31,785 nucleotides of DNA from a virus, in IMG/VR virus record IMGVR_UViG_3300045988_173362, positions 1 through 31,785 of that record; one strand, written 5' to 3'. Under the pieces are notes generated by a model. That model did no database searches. It was not told the DNA's origin and saw nothing but the letters and a program-made list of their open reading frames with translations. Positions 1 through 8,888 of the stretch are shown in pieces. Made by a program: the position numbers and the translations under genes. Numbering within the stretch: the stretch's first letter is position 1; each line of letters opens with the position of its first letter.

Positions 1-55
1 ACGAAAAACCCCACTGTTTAGTAGGATTTTTACATTTTTGGTGGAGATAAGCGGG
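1..55. repeat. Left copy of 55-bp terminal direct repeat (attL-like core)
   Basis: acgaaaaaccccactgtttagtaggatttttacatttttggtggagataagcggg is identical to 31731-31785. Read on the minus strand, 39-55 looks like a tRNA 3' end (CCGCT-TATCTCC-A-CCA). Positions 4-25 form a hairpin plus U-tract downstream of it. Confidence 0.8.
4..25 (-). terminator. Hairpin + U5 inside the att core (terminator of the tRNA-like 3' end)
   Basis: Minus strand reads CCTACT-aaac-AGTGGG followed by GTTTTT. It lies 14 nt downstream of the ...CTCCACCA end. Confidence 0.4.
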
Positions 56-64
56 CTTTTTATA

Positions 65-80
65 ATACAATATATTGTAT
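65..80. repeat. 16-bp perfect AT-rich palindrome next to the att core
   Basis: ATACAATATATTGTAT is its own reverse complement. It sits in the non-coding arm between the core and the last late gene. Confidence 0.7.
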
Positions 81-141
81 ATATTTTGCTTAATAAATAT
101 ACCATATAAGGTGTGTGATAATATTTTGATAGCATTTAATA

Positions 142-179
142 TGAAAAAAGACCGCCCACAACAACGTGCGAACGGTCTT
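142..179 (-). terminator. Intrinsic terminator ending the late operon
   Basis: Minus strand reads AAGACCGTTCGCAC-gttgtt-GTGGGCGGTCTT followed by TTTTTT. It lies just after the stop of the 201-1238 gene. Confidence 0.7.
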
Positions 180-200
180 AATTTTAATGATTTTTGGATG

Positions 201-1238
201 TTATTTTACAGCCATAAAACGCGCCATTATTTGAGAATCTTCGGTGTTATAAACTACCGTCGGCACATTCGGTACAGGCGGCTCGGCAATTTGTTTTTTA
301 TTTGCGGATTCCTCTGCTTCTTCTTTTGCCACACGCGCACGGATTTTTTCGACGATTATATCTTGCGGTATTTCGATTTCAAATCGCTTGGATTCCGAAA
401 CATCGGTCAAATTCACGCGTTCGTTGAATTGCGAGAAAATGCGCAACTTCTTTTTGACTGTTGCCCTGCGGCGTTCCATAATCGTGTAGCCGAACGACAC
501 ACCGCTATACACGGCGATGAGCAACGACACCAGTTTGAACACCAAAGGCAAAATCATCTCTTTTGTGAACCCTTGAAATGAAAATGCGAAATCAAACGCG
601 ATAGCCGAAAACGCGATTATAGATAATGCTTTGAAGCCGAGTTTGCGCGCCGTATAACGCCCCTTGTGGACAAGCAAGTCATATTCGTCGTCTTTGCTCG
701 CAACGTCACTCTCGCCCGCTACAAGTTGATTGAACGTAACCTTGTGATATTTCACTCGGATAGGGCTATCCCAAACCTCTTGCGGTGAAAGCAACAACAT
801 TCTTTCGAGTTTGCGTATACGCTTTTGGTGCTTCGCCCGGGTGCGGTTGAGTTTACGCTTTATAGCCGTAACATACGCATTATACTTGTTGCGCTTGTTT
901 ATTTGCTCTATAAACGTTTCAAGTTCAACGGTGTGGTTCTTCGACATCAACTCGACGTATTGCTCATCCAAAGCGTGAACACGGTCTATAAAATCCTTGT
1001 CGTGTTTCTTGCGAGATTCTTCGGTTATGTTGGACATAGAAAGCATTAAAAGGAATGTAGAAACACCCATAAACACTTTTTGCGCCCAGTATTCGAGCGA
1101 GTTGCGGAAAGTCGCATTGTATTTATCAATGACGAATATACCGATAAGCATAACCACCAACGCAACGCCGAGCGAAATGAACGAGTTGAGCGTTATCTTT
1201 ATCCCCGAATATACTTTCCTTTTTTCATCGTTTGCCAT
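201..1238 (-). CDS. Membrane protein of unknown function (two N-terminal and two C-terminal hydrophobic segments around a basic coiled-coil region)
   Basis: 345-aa ORF, the last gene of the late operon. Its start overlaps the upstream stop (TAATG). Hydrophobic stretches include LGVALVVMLIGIFVI, GVSTFLLMLSM, ALSIIAFSAIAFDFAF and LVSLLIAVYSGVSFG. Confidence 0.6.
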   Translation of the reverse strand: MANDEKRKVYSGIKITLNSFISLGVALVVMLIGIFVIDKYNATFRNSLEYWAQKVFMGVSTFLLMLSMSNITEESRKKHDKDFIDRVHALDEQYVELMSKNHTVELETFIEQINKRNKYNAYVTAIKRKLNRTRAKHQKRIRKLERMLLLSPQEVWDSPIRVKYHKVTFNQLVAGESDVASKDDEYDLLVHKGRYTARKLGFKALSIIAFSAIAFDFAFSFQGFTKEMILPLVFKLVSLLIAVYSGVSFGYTIMERRRATVKKKLRIFSQFNERVNLTDVSESKRFEIEIPQDIIVEKIRARVAKEEAEESANKKQIAEPPVPNVPTVVYNTEDSQIMARFMAVK

Positions 1239-1747
1239 TATTCATCACCGTCCTTTTCTATCTTTTTGAGCATATCGTGTTCTTCCACAAATATCGTGAG
1301 CAGATGCAGACTGATTTTCCCGATAAGAGAACCTGCTACCACGCTCAACAATATAAGCAACTGCTCTATGGCTTGTTGAAACGCTCCTATAACGCTCATA
1401 AGAATGAGAACGGGAAAAAGTGCGACAACGTAGTCGAGGTTGTCAATAATCTTTTTCTTGTGCGCCACACGCTTTATGAGCAATTCGTTCGTCGGGTTCG
1501 TTTCGAGGTCTGTCTTTTGCTGAACGTAGCCTTGTACATAGCGGTCGTACTTTTTGCGGAAAATCCCGAAAAGCACGCTTGCCAAAATTGCCACAGCGAC
1601 GAGCGACCAAAAACTCCCTTTGCTCGTTGCGGTCATCGTGTACTGCAGTGTATCTTGATAGCAATAAGCCGCATACCCTGCCGTTGGGGCGATGAGTACG
1701 GAATATTCCGAGACAAGCAATATCAAGGACTTTACATTGTGTTTCAT
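1238..1747 (-). CDS. Small polytopic membrane protein (holin-like?)
   Basis: The ATG at 1747 is preceded by AAGGCGG at 8 nt, so the longer 1756 start was rejected. Several hydrophobic helices are present. The gene is translationally coupled to the next gene. Confidence 0.55.
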   Translation of the reverse strand: MKHNVKSLILLVSEYSVLIAPTAGYAAYCYQDTLQYTMTATSKGSFWSLVAVAILASVLFGIFRKKYDRYVQGYVQQKTDLETNPTNELLIKRVAHKKKIIDNLDYVVALFPVLILMSVIGAFQQAIEQLLILLSVVAGSLIGKISLHLLTIFVEEHDMLKKIEKDGDE

Positions 1748-1760
1748 ACTCATCACCGCC

Positions 1761-2282
1761 TTAATACATTAGTTTTTGCGGCTCTTCAGTAACAACGGGT
1801 TGCTCTTCTTTTTGTTCTCCCTTTTGCGACACAACGAGTTTTGCCTGTTCGAGCAACGGGATAATCGGCAGTTTTTTCAACTCGTCTGCCAAAACGGCAT
1901 TGAGTGTTTCCCTCGATGCCAACGACGGGGTTTTGAACTCGGAAAGGACTTGCCCCTCTGCTACCAAAATCGCCGAGAGTTTGTTCATCTGCGTTGCAAT
2001 GTTGTTGAATTGTTCCTCAATCGCCGTCAAACGCTTGTTCGTAGCCTTGTCAATCATCGCTTCGGCTTCGATGTTCACTCCGCCCGAAATCGCCGCAAGA
2101 ACGCTCTTTGCCGCACTTTCCGCAATCTCTGCCTTGTCGGATTCGTTCAATTTGCTGACTTTCTTCGTCTTGTACGTGCAAATTGCATTTACAATAGCCT
2201 TGACGATAACCGTAATGACGGTTGCGCCAACACCGCTTGATAGGAACGCTACAACGTAGGTCATAATTTGTTCAGTTGACAT
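1761..2282 (-). CDS. Putative holin-like protein (single N-terminal TM helix and a long helical tail)
   Basis: RBS AGAGGAG lies upstream. The N-terminus VVAFLSSGVGATVITVIVKAIV is followed by a K-rich stretch. The layout resembles LL-H-type holins from memory; not verified. Confidence 0.35.
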   Translation of the reverse strand: MSTEQIMTYVVAFLSSGVGATVITVIVKAIVNAICTYKTKKVSKLNESDKAEIAESAAKSVLAAISGGVNIEAEAMIDKATNKRLTAIEEQFNNIATQMNKLSAILVAEGQVLSEFKTPSLASRETLNAVLADELKKLPIIPLLEQAKLVVSQKGEQKEEQPVVTEEPQKLMY

Positions 2283-2303
2283 AATATACTCCTCTGCTCG
2301 TGC

Positions 2304-2336
2304 CTGTACGCCGACGTGAGCGTGTAGATTTTTTTT
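2304..2336 (+). terminator. Plus-strand-specific hairpin + T8
   Basis: CTGTACGC-cgacgtga-GCGTGTAG followed by A then TTTTTTTT. Two G-U pairs on the plus strand become A-C mismatches on the minus strand. Confidence 0.45.
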
Positions 2337-2357
2337 AGCGTGCGTACCCGCTTTGGT

Positions 2358-2825
2358 TTAGTTGTCTTCCAACGCGCGTTGCAAATCTGCGACCTCTTGT
2401 GCGGTACGGTCTGCAAGTGCTTTGGTTGCGTTGAGTTGCTCTTTCAACGTTTGGATTTCCGCGTCCTGCGCTTCGATGTGTTGAAGCAACAAGTCAAATT
2501 CGGGGTGTCCTACTAACGAGGCTTCTTTGCTGTAAAGCACTATTGGCTCAACGACGAACGTTTTGACGATTCGACCGCAAGTGCAGAAGTTGACCTCGCA
2601 ATCGAGCCTGCCGTGTTTAACGACCTCTCTCGGCACGATGAACGGATTTTCGGCAACGCGATATTGTTTGACCGTGTCGCCGTTTTTGAAGTTGATAAGC
2701 ACGTTTGAAAGTGCCAAAGTTGAAACGAGGTTCATCCTCAAATCTTCGTTTTCGCCCAACAAAAAAGGCTCTCGCGTTGAGAGCCTGCCGTGTGTTTTGT
2801 CGAGCGTTATAGTTACGTCTACCAT
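2358..2825 (-). CDS. Tail-fibre-region protein with a C-terminal coiled coil (unknown function)
   Basis: The ATG at 2825 follows TAGGGGGTG. The beta-rich N-terminal half loosely resembles the N-terminus of the fibre protein. The C-terminus (AEIQTLKEQLNATKALADRTAQEVADLQRALE) is heptad-like. Confidence 0.45.
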   Translation of the reverse strand: MVDVTITLDKTHGRLSTREPFLLGENEDLRMNLVSTLALSNVLINFKNGDTVKQYRVAENPFIVPREVVKHGRLDCEVNFCTCGRIVKTFVVEPIVLYSKEASLVGHPEFDLLLQHIEAQDAEIQTLKEQLNATKALADRTAQEVADLQRALEDN

Positions 2826-2834
2826 ATGCACCCC

Positions 2835-3095
2835 CTAATCTTTGTTCGCTTCGATACCGCTGACCATCGTCAAAAGGTCGTTAAACCTCTGTGAATGATT
2901 GCGCTCGTCGGCGATGATTTCCTCATAGTTTGAGACAATCGTGTCGATTTGTTCTTCGGTCAACCCTGCCGTTTCCGCAAGTGTAAGGATTTCAGCAAGG
3001 TCGTTGAAATAATCCTTGTTTGTGTTTGCCTCACCCTCTGCGCCGTGCGATAAGATTGCCGAAATACGCAACGTTGCGTTTACTTGTTCGTCCAT
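2835..3095 (-). CDS. Hypothetical acidic protein
   Basis: 86-aa ORF with RBS AAGGGGG 7 nt upstream, packed between neighbouring genes. Confidence 0.5.
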   Translation of the reverse strand: MDEQVNATLRISAILSHGAEGEANTNKDYFNDLAEILTLAETAGLTEEQIDTIVSNYEEIIADERNHSQRFNDLLTMVSGIEANKD

Positions 3096-3097
3096 AG

Positions 3098-3523
3098 TTA
3101 TACCCCCTTAATGTTTAATTCGGTCTTTGCCTCGGCTTTGCACAATTCGCAAAACGCGTTATACTCGGCAAATTCTTCGGGCTTGGTTTCACGTTGTCGC
3201 AAAATGGCAAGTTCTGCACTCACGCTATATCGAGTGCGGATTTTGTTTTCGACAAGTTGCGGATAGTCAATCGTGACTTTGATTTCGGCAAGTTCTGCCG
3301 TTTTATCTCTTTCGACGAGTGCGCCGTTTGCGATTGCATAGTTTGCAATGCCGTTCTCGTCATACACTTGATAGCGTTGCGCGCCGTGTCTTTCGGTGTT
3401 TGTTTCGTCAATGCAAATGTCGTTTTCTGCGGGCGTTTTGAACGCCTCGCTGAATATGTCAACGACAATGCCGCTCTCGTCGACGTGTGCATAGATTTTG
3501 TTGTATTCGATATATTCGTCCAT
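3098..3523 (-). CDS. Tail-fibre accessory protein (XkdW-like?)
   Basis: RBS AAGAGGTGA. The gene lies immediately downstream of the fibre gene. The C-terminal pattern YSVSAELAILRQRETKPEEFAEYNAF recalls accessory proteins found after fibre genes. Confidence 0.35.
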   Translation of the reverse strand: MDEYIEYNKIYAHVDESGIVVDIFSEAFKTPAENDICIDETNTERHGAQRYQVYDENGIANYAIANGALVERDKTAELAEIKVTIDYPQLVENKIRTRYSVSAELAILRQRETKPEEFAEYNAFCELCKAEAKTELNIKGV

Positions 3524-3533
3524 AGTTCACCTC

Positions 3534-5264
3534 TTATATTTCCGCGTCGAATGCCAATATGCCTATATTATTGTTTCCCGAATTTACCAATCTCGCTGCG
3601 CAACCATTGCCAGCAGTAGCACCAGTTACGTTATAGCGTAACGTCACGGCATTATTATTTGTGCCGAGCAGTGTGACTGCCGTCGGTGTATAACTATTGT
3701 TATCGCCTAAAAGCGTGAGCCTTGATAAATCGCCTAATATTAGTGTCGGTGCTATTCTTAATGTTGTCGGAATCGGGACAGTAATATATGCGAGTGTAGT
3801 ATTGTAAAAAACGCCAGAGCCGATTAAATATGACCCTAAACCATTTCTTCCGACATCAAGATAATACCTTTGGCATTTAACCAACTCCTCTGCAATATTC
3901 GGTGGTGAAAACTCTGTTACAACCGAGCCGACTTCCAACTTCCACCAAGATATTATAGTATCATTTGGATTCGCAATAGTTAACGTTACTTGCAAAATGC
4001 TATCATCTGCTGTTGACGGCTTATACTTTGTAAGTTGTATATTGCAATTTATTACTCCTACTGTAAAATCCTTGTTTAAGAATACGCTTGTCGAATCCTC
4101 ACTAGGTATAAGTACAGGAATCACAATTCCGCCAACTACTCCGTTTATGCAACAAGAAAATGTAAGTCGCTTCCCCACGAGTGCAGTTGCGTATTCTACG
4201 ATCTGTTGAATATATGGATTGCTTTGACCGCTCAACACGTTTAATTTTATGCCACCGCCTTGAAGTGGTGTAATAACCGACCTATTAGAGTATGTTCTAT
4301 CGACTGTGTATATTTTTGAATTGCAAGTGTATTCACTCCGCCCTCTTTGATTGATTACAAAGTTCGGGTTTATGAGCAAGTTGGGATTTTGGACGATACC
4401 ATTTACGGTATTTTGAGTATAACCGTCTGTTTCGCTCGTGCCGGGCGTGTTAGACAATTTCGCGTCGCCTATACCCGAATCGCCCTTTTGTCCTTTGATA
4501 TTTGAAAACTTGAAGTTGAACACGGGATTTTCTTTCGTGCCGCTCTTTTCCACTTCAACCGACGGCGTGCCAACAGTATTGTTGACTTCCGCAACCGCTG
4601 AAACATCGGGCGTTTTGCCGACTTCGCCTTGTGTACCTTGTATACCTTGCGGAATTCCGAAGGTGAAGTTCGTCGGATAGTTACCCTTGCTATCGGGCGT
4701 TGTGGATTGTTCAACCGCAACACTTGCTTGTTGATTTGCGACAAGTGTGTTCGTCTTCACCGTTCCAACAACAAACGGTTGCTTTGCGGCAAGGCTTGCG
4801 TTCTGCGCGTAATACTGGTCAAGCAAATCCAAAAGTTGTCCGAGTTCGTCCTCTGTTGCCGTCGTAGGCGGAATCGGCAATGCGGAATACTCAACAAGAA
4901 ACGATGACGTGTACGTCGTTTGGTTGATTGTTTCTTGCGCTTGACCGCTCGTTCCGTCGTTAAGCAAGACATTGAACGATACGCCGACTTGTCCCTCTAC
5001 TTCCGTTACGTTATACGGCACGGCAAGTTTCCAACGGTGGACTTGCTTTTGGTTGCTCTCGTCAACGCTGTACGCACCCACATACGACATAGGCAGATAG
5101 GCAGTCGTCAATCCGTTCGGCAACGTGAACGCGACTTGTATCGCCGCTTGCGCAGGTGAAATCAGCGTAAACAACTCAACGTTTGCTACTTTGTTCTGTC
5201 CTTGATAGACGTGGTCGGTATCAGAGCGTGTGACCGTGCCGTCCAAGTTCAAAAAGAAAAGCAT
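3534..5264 (-). CDS. Tail fibre / receptor-binding protein
   Basis: 576 aa with RBS AAGGAGA. Short collagen-like G-x-y runs are present (GIPQGIQGTQGEVG, KGQKGDSG). The beta-rich C-terminal domain begins NLLINPNFVINQRG, a start typical of fibre tips. Confidence 0.65.
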   Translation of the reverse strand: MLFFLNLDGTVTRSDTDHVYQGQNKVANVELFTLISPAQAAIQVAFTLPNGLTTAYLPMSYVGAYSVDESNQKQVHRWKLAVPYNVTEVEGQVGVSFNVLLNDGTSGQAQETINQTTYTSSFLVEYSALPIPPTTATEDELGQLLDLLDQYYAQNASLAAKQPFVVGTVKTNTLVANQQASVAVEQSTTPDSKGNYPTNFTFGIPQGIQGTQGEVGKTPDVSAVAEVNNTVGTPSVEVEKSGTKENPVFNFKFSNIKGQKGDSGIGDAKLSNTPGTSETDGYTQNTVNGIVQNPNLLINPNFVINQRGRSEYTCNSKIYTVDRTYSNRSVITPLQGGGIKLNVLSGQSNPYIQQIVEYATALVGKRLTFSCCINGVVGGIVIPVLIPSEDSTSVFLNKDFTVGVINCNIQLTKYKPSTADDSILQVTLTIANPNDTIISWWKLEVGSVVTEFSPPNIAEELVKCQRYYLDVGRNGLGSYLIGSGVFYNTTLAYITVPIPTTLRIAPTLILGDLSRLTLLGDNNSYTPTAVTLLGTNNNAVTLRYNVTGATAGNGCAARLVNSGNNNIGILAFDAEI

Positions 5265-5295
5265 AATTTTTGTCTCCTTATAATTTATTTTTTGT

Positions 5296-5327
5296 ATAAA
5301 AAGACCCCCGCTCTGAAACGAGGGTCT
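5296..5327 (-). terminator. Intrinsic terminator between the large tail gene and the fibre gene
   Basis: Minus strand reads AGACCCTCG-tttcagag-CGGGGGTCT followed by TTTTAT. The stem is 9 bp with one G-U pair. Confidence 0.65.
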
Positions 5328-5338
5328 GTCATACTTTT

Positions 5339-8300
5339 TTAAGTTTTCGGCACAAGGTCGCTTGTCTTAACGTATCCGTCAACGACATCGTACGCTTGTC
5401 GGGTCGCAACTCTGTATTGCGCTGTTATTTCCTGCGTTCCAGCTGGAACTGCAAGCAGGGATATAACCTGATTGCCCGATATGTCGTAACTCTCACCCTC
5501 TTGAAGAACAATGCCGTCAGCCATAAGTGTTAATGTATTGTCCATAGCAAGATATTTGAGGGTGATTGTCGTAGGCTTATCGGCATAAGAGAACGTTTCG
5601 TTGAACAAACACGAATAGCGATTGATTTGAGCCGAATAAATGAACGAGTATTCAGCGTCGAGAGGTATAACGCCCGAAGCGAGCCTCAATTTGCCGACGG
5701 GATTGCCGCCTGCGTTCGTAGCGTACACGTTGGTATTTGCGGGCGCAATCATCAACACGTAATCGTTAGCCTCACTCGGAACCGGCGAAAAATACAGCGC
5801 GTCGGTGGAATCACCGTAAGCAAGCGTGACGTTTTGCCCGAACAGCATTTCATACCGTCCGTTGCCTTTCCACTTGCACACCGCATAAGCCTTTGCTCCG
5901 TCACGGCGCGGACACGTTCTGCTATCCCACCTAAACACACCGTCAACAATCGTGAAAGGTTGGCTATCGGTCAGCAAACCTATGCGCTCAAAATAGCCTA
6001 CATCGGTATTAATGCTACCTAAATGGAGACTGTCGTTTATGTATTGATTCAAGCCGTTGATAGTATGGTCAAACCAAACCACGTATACCGCCGCTTTCGC
6101 AAGTGTTGGCTCTGTGTCGGTCACGAGTTTGCAGAAGTCCGCAAGACCCGTTCCGACAACTATGTCGTCGCTCTTGGCAATATAGTGGACTTGATACGTC
6201 ACGTCGATTTTTTCTCGACTGTCTTTGTTGATTTCAAGCGCGCCGTCGGTTAGAAGATAACTTACGAGGTACGAATCTACAAGTGCTTTGCTGTGGTCGC
6301 CGCTATACCAGTTGAACTCGTTATCTTGCGGATAGAGTTTTGCATATCCGCCGTCGGCTTGTGCGGCAAGATTCGGTGTCCACCCCTCGTTGTACATCGC
6401 GAAGTGAATGTGACTTACCTCACCGTATACGTCGGTGTACGGCACTAAACGTTGCGCCGCCTTGTTTTTTTCATTCTCGTAATCGTCAGAACTTTGATAG
6501 CCTGCGCCGTAGTTGTCGTAGAACGAGAAGTTGAAGCATATCGACGTGCCAAAGGGGAACGCCACGACGGGCAATATCACCGCTCTGTCTTGCAACGCGT
6601 TTCCTGCCGAGAACGGCAATATCCTCACGAGTTGCGCTTTCTTAATCTCTTCATCGCCGGTCTTGCTGTGGTTGATAGTGTTAATCAGCACGTTAGGTAC
6701 GTTCTGCAAAAGCGTGAGCTTTGAACCTGTCGTCGGGGTCTTGCCGATAAATATCTTGTCGGCGTAATGTATGTGACGTTCAACGCTCTGCTTTTCCGAG
6801 ATGTCGTACAAGCGATAGTTCGAGTTCAAGCCGACGAATTGCGACAACTGATTGAAGTTTTTTGCAAGCGTAACCGTGATTCTTATACGCGTTATGTCGT
6901 ATTCAGCGTCTATCGTCGCAATGTATTTGCCGTCAAGGATCTGCCCGACCTTTGGCATTTGCGAATAGGTTTTGATGTCGTAAGTGCGTTGTTCAACGTC
7001 TTGTCCGAGTCTTGCGATTGCGCCGCGCATTTTCTCGCCGTAGAACGACGTTTCGGCAACGTTTGCGCCCTGATTGTACACAAGCGCGTTATTCGTCTCG
7101 CCGCCGTCCGTAAGCACGGGTTTGACCGCCTCAACGCGCGCCGTCGCTATCGGCACATATGTCACCTTAAACGCAAGCCTGCGATACCATTCGCCGTCGT
7201 TCTTTTCGGCAGACTTCAAAGAAAGTCCTGCCTTTGCATTTATAATGTTGATGATTGCGGTGTTTTGGAATGCGTCGCCAATAGATGTGACGTTTTTTTG
7301 TCGCCAAGTCAAGCCGTCTATCGTCGTGCCGCCTTGCTTCCAACGCAATGCCCACGCTTTTGAATACGGATATGCCGTTCCCCAATAAGACGAAAGCACG
7401 CTGTATTCCGCGTCTTCGTATGCGTATGCGGTGATGTCGCCGACAGGCGTGGTTCTGCCGTCAAAGTTGGCGTCGTGGTCGGGAATGAATCCACATTCGA
7501 GTTTTATGAGCTGTTGAATCGGCAAAGATGTGCGTATAAGCACGTTGTCGCCGTTTATCTCGATATTGCCGTCCTCGGTGCGCACCGTTATATAGTCGTT
7601 GCCGAGTTCAGTTATCGTACCGCCCTCGTCCGTCGTGTTGCAAAGATTCTGCGCGGGCGAGGTTATCTTTCCACACCACTCATTGCTGTCAATCGTGCTG
7701 TCTTGGTATATCATCGGCGGCATAGTCGGTGCTTGCTCGCTTCCGCCGAGTTTGTCAAACGTTACCTTGTAATGCGTATCGTCCGTTGTAGACAACGGCA
7801 CAAGGCGCGGTATTGCGTGGATATATCCGCCCACTTGCGCCAACGCTTCGAACAGCGTGCAGTTGGTGAACGAAAATTCGGGCGCGAGTACGTTCTTGTA
7901 TTCTTCCGCAAAATTCTCGTCAAGCACATATTCCTGCGACGAGAATCCACCGCGCCGTGTTATGCCCGACGACAACAGTCTTTGACACACCGACGTGATT
8001 GTGGGTCGGGTCTTGGTGGCAATCTGCGAAAACAAACTCACTTTATACGTTATTTTTAATGTGTCAGATACATAGTCGGTAGACAGCACTGGTGCGCTTT
8101 CATATTTGGTTTCATATGTAATAGTTAATCGCTCACCCTCGTTGGGAATGGTTAATGTTTCAGTATCAAATCGAGCCAATGAATGACTTTTGGTATATAT
8201 AACGCGACCGTCAACATCAATAGTGACAGTACACGGATACACGCCGAATCGAAATACTCTGCCATAATGAGAATCACTATCGAACACATAAAGACCTTGC

Positions 8301-8833
8301 TCGTCAAGTTCAGGATAGTATTGGACACACGGAATATCGATACTGTCGCCGTGTTGATATGGTTGCATTATTTTATTCTTTTCAACGAGTACGACATTGA
8401 GGTCAACGCCGCCGCCGGGATAATCGGTTTCTTTACTAACGAGTGCTGCCGCATATTTTTCGTTATAGTCCGTATGTAAATACTTTGTACTTGTCAACGT
8501 GCCGATAAAGCGGCGTTCCATAGCCTTTGTGATTTCGATAGTGTTTATCGTCCAATCGTATTTCGCGCCGACAGACGGTGCAAACGTGCGCCGCGTACGC
8601 TTCGTCGATGAAACGAGGCGGTATATTCTATCCACTTCAACACCGTTTTCGGATATGATGATACGAATCGGCGTAAACGGTTTTATGGCGTTATATCGCG
8701 ATGAAAGCGACAGATTGATACACCCTGCGTCGAGAACGTCGTTGAGTGCCGTTCCGTCCGTAAAAGGGCGCGACCACGGTGACAATGCTTGCCATTGATT
8801 GTTTTCAAATATTTGAGGTTGGTAACTAAACAT
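5339..8833 (-). CDS. Large (1164-aa) tail / host-interaction structural protein
   Basis: The start was moved to the ATG at 8833 (MFSYQPQ...), which is preceded by AAAAAGGAG. Composition is beta-rich (Y/T/G/D), not tape-measure-like. It sits between neck/tail genes and the fibre gene. Confidence 0.55.
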   Translation of the reverse strand: MFSYQPQIFENNQWQALSPWSRPFTDGTALNDVLDAGCINLSLSSRYNAIKPFTPIRIIISENGVEVDRIYRLVSSTKRTRRTFAPSVGAKYDWTINTIEITKAMERRFIGTLTSTKYLHTDYNEKYAAALVSKETDYPGGGVDLNVVLVEKNKIMQPYQHGDSIDIPCVQYYPELDEQGLYVFDSDSHYGRVFRFGVYPCTVTIDVDGRVIYTKSHSLARFDTETLTIPNEGERLTITYETKYESAPVLSTDYVSDTLKITYKVSLFSQIATKTRPTITSVCQRLLSSGITRRGGFSSQEYVLDENFAEEYKNVLAPEFSFTNCTLFEALAQVGGYIHAIPRLVPLSTTDDTHYKVTFDKLGGSEQAPTMPPMIYQDSTIDSNEWCGKITSPAQNLCNTTDEGGTITELGNDYITVRTEDGNIEINGDNVLIRTSLPIQQLIKLECGFIPDHDANFDGRTTPVGDITAYAYEDAEYSVLSSYWGTAYPYSKAWALRWKQGGTTIDGLTWRQKNVTSIGDAFQNTAIINIINAKAGLSLKSAEKNDGEWYRRLAFKVTYVPIATARVEAVKPVLTDGGETNNALVYNQGANVAETSFYGEKMRGAIARLGQDVEQRTYDIKTYSQMPKVGQILDGKYIATIDAEYDITRIRITVTLAKNFNQLSQFVGLNSNYRLYDISEKQSVERHIHYADKIFIGKTPTTGSKLTLLQNVPNVLINTINHSKTGDEEIKKAQLVRILPFSAGNALQDRAVILPVVAFPFGTSICFNFSFYDNYGAGYQSSDDYENEKNKAAQRLVPYTDVYGEVSHIHFAMYNEGWTPNLAAQADGGYAKLYPQDNEFNWYSGDHSKALVDSYLVSYLLTDGALEINKDSREKIDVTYQVHYIAKSDDIVVGTGLADFCKLVTDTEPTLAKAAVYVVWFDHTINGLNQYINDSLHLGSINTDVGYFERIGLLTDSQPFTIVDGVFRWDSRTCPRRDGAKAYAVCKWKGNGRYEMLFGQNVTLAYGDSTDALYFSPVPSEANDYVLMIAPANTNVYATNAGGNPVGKLRLASGVIPLDAEYSFIYSAQINRYSCLFNETFSYADKPTTITLKYLAMDNTLTLMADGIVLQEGESYDISGNQVISLLAVPAGTQEITAQYRVATRQAYDVVDGYVKTSDLVPKT

Positions 8834-8861
8834 TGACACTTGCTCCTTTTTGACATAAAAT
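8833..8861 (+). promoter_or_regulatory. Near-consensus sigma70-type promoter for the plus-strand moron
   Basis: TTGACA (8833-8838), a 17-nt spacer, then TAAAAT (8856-8861). The -35 box overlaps the start codon of the divergent tail gene. Confidence 0.55.
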
Positions 8862-8888
8862 AAAAGCACACTAATAGGGGGTGTGCTT

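Noticed and set aside
39-55. A tRNA gene at the window edge.
   Set aside because: Only a fragment of about 17 nt resembling a 3' acceptor/T-stem end is present. The adjacent sequence (56 onward) has no T-loop, anticodon arm or D-arm. It was therefore treated as an att-core fragment, not a tRNA gene.
3534-5264. A diversity-generating retroelement targeting the fibre gene.
   Set aside because: No reverse-transcriptase-sized ORF exists in the window, and I saw no template/variable repeat pair. This was an eye check only, without a dot-plot.
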